Shown here piece by piece: positions 63,136 through 64,000 of a stretch of DNA of 64,000 nucleotides; the stretch's first letter is position 1; the number at the start of each line of letters is the position of its first letter. The notes beneath the pieces are model-generated. The model saw nothing but the letters and a program-made list of their open reading frames with translations, made no database searches and had not been told where the DNA came from. Source of the stretch: Microthyrium microscopicum (taxonomy: Eukaryota). The translations under genes and the position numbers were made by a program. The stretch is taken from the NCBI GenBank assembly GCA_010405405.1, contig MU004243.1, forward strand, positions 925,340 to 989,339, read 5' to 3'.

Positions 63136-64000
63136 TACGCCAACAAATGTTGCAACAGTATTCTCTTGTTCCGCCGTTGTGACGGTTGTGTTGCGACACT
63201 GGAGCTGTATAGAAGTATATGCAAAAGGTATGTATGTTGGCTTTCTTGTTGTGGAGAACGATCAACAATTGGTGAGGAGTATATCTGGGTAGGTTGATGT
63301 GTTTTGTCAATCACTTCGCTGACAAACGGGAAGATTTAACAATCAAAGCGTGCAATGTGATCGTACCAAGTGGTTCAGTTTTCCAAAGTATATGAGACTG
63401 CCAATTGATACATTCCAGCTTTTACTGGCCATTTTCGGCATATTCATGTATGCTGAGATCGGATTTCTCTAAAAGCAGTGAAGAGCTAGACCTGCTGCCG
63501 GAAGTGTCTAAGACCTTTGTTCTCGAGACTTTTGCGCACGGTTTCTTTGTTGTTTTCAACCCGGCCAAAAGACAATCACCGTGTGCAGCCCCAACGCGGT
63601 GCGGAATTCAGGCTGAACAAAGGAAAGATGCCAGCCACAACAACCAGGCATTCTGCCTAGAGCTAGATTGTCTGACTTTGACTTTATTACTTGTTGGTGA
63701 CACAAAACTGGTGAAGCACAAGATCCGGAACTGATAGAGTGCCGAATGATTGGACAACATCTTTGTTCTCACGATTCGAAACTGCCAATGCCAGCTTCAG
63801 ATCAAGAAGCACACCAGGCTAATCGTTAACTTTAGAAGAAATGGTACGAGCAAACACGATTGAAAGAAATTTCAGAAGATCTCAGCTTATACTATATATA
63901 AAAAAATGGAGCGACAACAATCAGATACACAACCAGATAGCAAACAGTATCTATATGCGACTTCCTCTGACCACATTAGAGTTCGAAATTGACCGGCTCA

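Overview
Gene-dense window from a filamentous ascomycete (Pezizomycotina-like: short GT-AG introns with CTAAC/CTGAC branch sites). I find about 25 intact or probable protein-coding genes. Housekeeping: PIG-S/Gpi17, WDR6/Trm734, SUR7/PalI protein, DEAD-box helicase. Transporters: NCS2 purine permease, ABCC, APC permease, DHA1 MFS. Hydrolases: tannase/feruloyl esterase, two alpha/beta hydrolases, secreted metallo-beta-lactamase fold. The right end carries accessory-type genes (HET, SET, BTB, F-box-like relic). Structure not shown by the ORF track: (1) a 720-bp non-autonomous Mutator-like element with ~73-bp TIRs and a perfect 10-bp TSD upstream of the MFS transporter; (2) a GH72/Gel1-like pseudogene with a large internal deletion and a frameshift; (3) an exact UaY-type TCGG-N6-CCGA site upstream of the purine permease; (4) a spliced 73-aa acidic microprotein; (5) a backbone-less P450-SDR-DUF1772-MBL-quinone reductase block near an ABC exporter, which is the best candidate for an undescribed detoxification/tailoring system but is inference only. 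No rRNA, tRNA or CRISPR was recognised. All family calls are from motif recognition by eye with no database search, and exon boundaries were read manually.
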